Part shown: piece by piece, positions 61,645 to 64,000 of the stretch | Position numbering within the stretch: the first letter of the stretch is position 1 | How the letters are laid out: each line of letters starts with the position of its first letter | Assembly: GCA_963743045.1 (NCBI GenBank) | Contig: CAVUOF010000002.1 | Coordinates: forward strand, 6,713 to 70,712 | DNA: 64,000 bases | Origin: an uncultured Acidobacteriota bacterium | Lineage (GTDB): Bacteria > Acidobacteriota > Blastocatellia > RBC074 | Reading direction: 5' to 3' | Program-made: the position numbers and the translations under genes | Notes under the pieces: generated by a model | The model's input: only the letters and a program-made list of their open reading frames with translations | Told to the model about the DNA's origin: nothing | The model's database searches: none

Positions 61645-63066
61645 AATGTCGTAGTAGAGAGCAAACTCCCACGGATGCGGCCGCAGGCGAATGGCATCTA
61701 CTTCGTTCTTGCGCTTGTAGCTGATCCAGGTCTCGATCACATCCGGGGTGAAGACATCGCCTTTCAAGAGGAAGGCATGATCCTTCTCCAGCGCCAGGAG
61801 CACCTCCTCGAGCGAACCGGGCAGCTGCTTGATTTCGGCAGCCTCCTCCGGCGGCAGCTCGTAGAGATCCTTGTCCATCGGCTTGCCGGGATCAATCTTG
61901 TTGAGTATCCCATCCAGCCCCGCCATGACGCACGCCGAGAACGAGAGGTACGGATTGCAGGTCGGGTCCGGCGTGCGGAACTCAATTCGCTTGGCCTTCT
62001 CCGACTTCGAGTACATCGGTATCCGAACCGCCGCTGATCGGTTGCGCTGGCTATAAGCCAGATTGATCGGCGCTTCGTAGCCGGGGACCAGACGGCGATA
62101 CGAGTTGGTCGTCGGCGCGATCAACGCGCATAGGGCCGGCGCATGCTTGAGGATGCCGCCGATGTAATGGAGACACATCTCGGAAATGTCGGCATAGCCG
62201 CCCGGGGAATAGAAGAGATTCTTCTCGTTCTTCCATAGCGACTGGTGCGTGTGCATCCCCGACCCATTGTCCTGAAAAATCGGCTTCGGCATGAATGTCG
62301 CCGTCTTGCCGTACTTGTGAGCAGTGTTCTTGGCGCAGTACTTGTACCAGAGCACATTGTCAGCCATCTTCAAGAGCGTGCCGAAGCGCATGTCGACTTC
62401 AGTCTGGCCGCCGGTACTGACTTCGTGGTGGTGAACCTCGACCTTGACCCCGACACTCTCCAGCGCGAGGACCATCGCCGAGCGGATGTCCTGAAAATGA
62501 TCCATCGGGGCCACCGGGAAGTAGCCCTGCTTGTAACGAGGCTTGTGGCCGAGATTGGGGCGCTCAGGCGTGCCTTCACGCCCTGAATTCCAGAAACCCG
62601 CCTCAGAATCTATGTAGTAAAAGCCGTAGTTATAACTCTGATCAAAGCGAATCGAGTCAAGGAAGAAGAACTCGAGCTCCGGACCGATGTAGATCGTGTC
62701 GGCAATGCCCAGCTTCTTGACGTAGGCTTCAGCCTTCCTGGCAATGTATCGAGGATCGCGCGAGTAGTTCTCGCCGGTGACCGGGTCCTTGACGTCACAG
62801 ATCAGGACGAGCGTCTCGTGCGCGGTAAATGGATCCATGACAGCCGTGGTCGGGTCCGGGAACAAGAGCATGTCAGACTCGTCGATCGACTGGAATCCGC
62901 GAATCGACGATCCGTCGAATCCGATACCCTCTGCAAACAGATCTTCAGTAAGATCGGCTGCAGGAATGGAGAAGTGCTGCCAAAGACCGGGAAGGTCGAT
63001 GAATCGCAAATCGACGATCTTTGCCCCTTTCTCCTTGGCAAACTTGATTACTTCCTTTGGGGTCAT
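61642..63066 (-). CDS. glnA: Glutamine synthetase type I (beta)
   Basis: [40 protein letters not shown], adenylylation motif DKDLYEL. Confidence 0.99.
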   Translation of the reverse strand: MTPKEVIKFAKEKGAKIVDLRFIDLPGLWQHFSIPAADLTEDLFAEGIGFDGSSIRGFQSIDESDMLLFPDPTTAVMDPFTAHETLVLICDVKDPVTGENYSRDPRYIARKAEAYVKKLGIADTIYIGPELEFFFLDSIRFDQSYNYGFYYIDSEAGFWNSGREGTPERPNLGHKPRYKQGYFPVAPMDHFQDIRSAMVLALESVGVKVEVHHHEVSTGGQTEVDMRFGTLLKMADNVLWYKYCAKNTAHKYGKTATFMPKPIFQDNGSGMHTHQSLWKNEKNLFYSPGGYADISEMCLHYIGGILKHAPALCALIAPTTNSYRRLVPGYEAPINLAYSQRNRSAAVRIPMYSKSEKAKRIEFRTPDPTCNPYLSFSACVMAGLDGILNKIDPGKPMDKDLYELPPEEAAEIKQLPGSLEEVLLALEKDHAFLLKGDVFTPDVIETWISYKRKNEVDAIRLRPHPWEFALYYDI

Positions 63067-63134
63067 TCATTGCCTCCTCTTCCCAGATACTCGCGCCGCC
63101 TGGCTCGAGCATCTGAGCTGAAATGTGGGATGAG

Positions 63135-63161
63135 GTAGGGGCGTTAGCGAACCGCCCATAC
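63135..63161. repeat. Single degenerate GTAG REP
   Basis: GTAGGGGCGTTAGCGAACCGCCCATAC. Confidence 0.55.
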
Positions 63162-63190
63162 GTAAGAAAAATGATTCGAGTTGAACGGTC

Positions 63191-63421
63191 TCACCCGAGG
63201 ACCTCTTCTCGAGGGTTCCGAGTAGGGGTCAAGCCCCCGCTCTGCATCGGGCGAATCGAGCACTCGATGCTGAACTCGCGAAGATCGGTTATGAATTTGC
63301 GGACCGACTCGACGGCAAAAGCGCGGAACTCCTCGTCCGTCTCAAATCGTTCTCGCTCCTTGAGCAACAATGCCATTAACGCTCCGTACCGGCCCTTACT
63401 CTGTTCGTAGCTGCCACTCAT
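63191..63421 (-). CDS. 76-aa hypothetical protein, first gene behind the sigma-54 promoter
   Basis: ATG preceded by GAGAGGCAAGGA; helical charged sequence; same strand as glnA. Confidence 0.6.
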   Translation of the reverse strand: MSGSYEQSKGRYGALMALLLKERERFETDEEFRAFAVESVRKFITDLREFSIECSIRPMQSGGLTPTRNPREEVLG

Positions 63422-63479
63422 AATCCTTGCCTCTCTGGCTGCTGATGCCTGTTGAATTCATGAAAAGCGTTTAGCTAGA

Positions 63480-63495
63480 GCAAGCTGCCTGCCAA
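63480..63495 (-). promoter_or_regulatory. Sigma-54 (-24/-12) promoter
   Basis: Minus strand TTGGCAGGCAGCTTGC gives GG-N10-GC with TGGCA and TTGC. Confidence 0.85.
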
Positions 63496-63624
63496 GGTCG
63501 CCGGCCGATGGGGGCTCAAGCGCTAACTCATTTACAGTTAAGGAGAAATAGCGCCTGCGCTAGCTCGCATTGACTGTGCTGCAGTGTGCTGACGGCCGCC
63601 AAAAACGTGACCACGCCGTTTTCT

Positions 63625-63642
63625 TCCGACAATTATGTTGGA
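63625..63642. promoter_or_regulatory. Candidate enhancer (UAS) palindrome
   Basis: TCCGACA-ATTA-TGTTGGA about 130 bp upstream of the sigma-54 promoter. Confidence 0.5.
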
Positions 63643-63649
63643 TTCACGC

Positions 63650-64000
63650 TTAGATGCGGAAGCGCCGCGTGTCGATCTCGTACTTCGTGATCTTGTAGCC
63701 GATGATTCTCTCGGTGGTCTCGAGCAGCCTCGCCGCACGTGCCCGGTTTCCTCGGGTAGTCTTGAGGGCGTCCTGAATGAGCTCCTTCTCGTAGGCTTCG
63801 ACAGCCAGGGCGAGACTCGTCCGATTGACTGTGCCGGTCCCCTCGGCGGTCTGCAGCGTTGGCGGCAAGTGATAGCCGTGAATGACGTTACCCTCGCAAA
63901 CCAGCGTTGCCCGCTCGATAACATTCTCGAGCTCGCGAACGTTGCCCGGCCAGTGATAGCTCATCAGCATATCGATCGCTGGAGTCGAGATGCGCTTTAT
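63650..64000 (-). CDS. Sigma-54 enhancer-binding protein (NifA/NtrC-like), C-terminal part
   Basis: YHWPGNVRELENVIERA and Fis-type HTH GNRARAARLL; runs off the window. Confidence 0.95.
   Translation of the reverse strand: MKRISTPAIDMLMSYHWPGNVRELENVIERATLVCEGNVIHGYHLPPTLQTAEGTGTVNRTSLALAVEAYEKELIQDALKTTRGNRARAARLLETTERIIGYKITKYEIDTRRFRI

Overview
A GC-rich bacterial chromosome segment that looks acidobacterial, possibly Blastocatellia. That placement is an inference from an Oar-like TonB-dependent receptor, a Solibacter-type C-terminal domain protein, DUF1080/DUF3108 proteins and MacB-type permeases. It is mostly housekeeping: icd with a truncated mdh, a divergent pyrimidine cluster (pyrR-pyrB-methyltransferase-pyrC / pyrK-pyrD-M23-pyrF), lipid A genes, asparaginase, ppc, a split B12-dependent acyl-CoA mutase, an M16 peptidase pair, comF, an orphan MreB paralogue, an HNH nuclease, surE-pcm-dedA, a sugar-modification cassette, yitJ-metH, a GMC oxidoreductase, tRNA-Ser(GCT), a TonB receptor, bcp, carD, ABC permeases and glnA behind a sigma-54 promoter. 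About 20 genes carry single-base frameshifts, most likely uncorrected long-read indels, so their coordinates are approximate. The most notable items are: (1) a roughly 225-nt, densely structured leader or ncRNA between a promoter and a stand-alone HNH endonuclease; (2) a SAM-II-like riboswitch coupled to a terminator/antiterminator; (3) an unknown 76-aa gene leading the sigma-54 glnA unit; (4) a catalytically degenerate MreB; (5) a mutase with isobutyryl-CoA mutase specificity residues; (6) at least six REP-like repeat families, including a nested palindrome and a family whose terminal TAG serves as host stop codons. I found no CRISPR array, rRNA, transposase or prophage.
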